64,000 nt of DNA from Prorocentrum cordatum (taxonomy: Eukaryota): NCBI GenBank assembly GCA_963575745.1, contig CAUYUJ010000325.1, positions 310,001 through 374,000 of the forward strand. Reading direction: 5' to 3'. Made by a program: the position numbers and the translations under genes. Shown one piece after another: positions 63,989 to 64,000 of this stretch; the stretch's first letter is position 1; each line of letters begins with the position of its first letter. The notes below the pieces were generated by a model, which saw nothing but the letters and a program-made list of their open reading frames with translations, was not told the DNA's origin and searched no databases.

Positions 63989-64000
63989 CTATGGGGGGGG

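Larger units (their letters stand above)
56122..64000 (-). mobile_element. Tyrosine-recombinase retrotransposon (DIRS order, PAT/Ngaro-like split direct repeats), intron-rich; 5' end beyond the window
   Basis: gag-like, RT-RNase H and YR coding regions lie in order on the - strand. Identical 129-bp direct repeats mark the 3' end, which abuts (CAA)n. Confidence 0.88.

Overview
Eukaryotic, GC-rich, repeat-saturated DNA, most likely a dinoflagellate. This is inferred from AG|GC and AG|GA intron donors with AG|G acceptors and an 18/22 match to the dinoflagellate spliced leader at 49506-49527. No intact housekeeping gene, rRNA, tRNA or CRISPR array is recognisable; the window is mobile elements embedded in simple-sequence arrays. 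(1) 1-~11930 (+): a very long non-LTR retrotransposon (APE endonuclease, RT, CCHC finger, RNase H). Its 5' half carries a PARP-like ADP-ribosyltransferase motif set, Cys-rich fingers and a possible ubiquitin-like domain, and ten copies of a covarying bulged-C/UYCA hairpin run along its length. (2) ~12.5-24.7 kb (-): a CACTA/Plavaka-like DDE transposase plus at least two co-oriented intron-containing genes. (3) 25.4-26.9 kb (-): a fragment of a tyrosine-recombinase (YR) retrotransposon. (4) 43.2-46.5 kb (-): a decayed 5'-truncated LINE with RNase H. (5) 56122->64000 (-): an apparently young YR (DIRS/PAT/Ngaro-like) retrotransposon with identical 129-bp split direct repeats. Its gag, RT-RNase H and YR genes are cut by many 53-71-nt introns, and the recombinase catalytic Tyr reaches its position only after splicing. 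All domain calls are by eye from motifs; no database searches were run.
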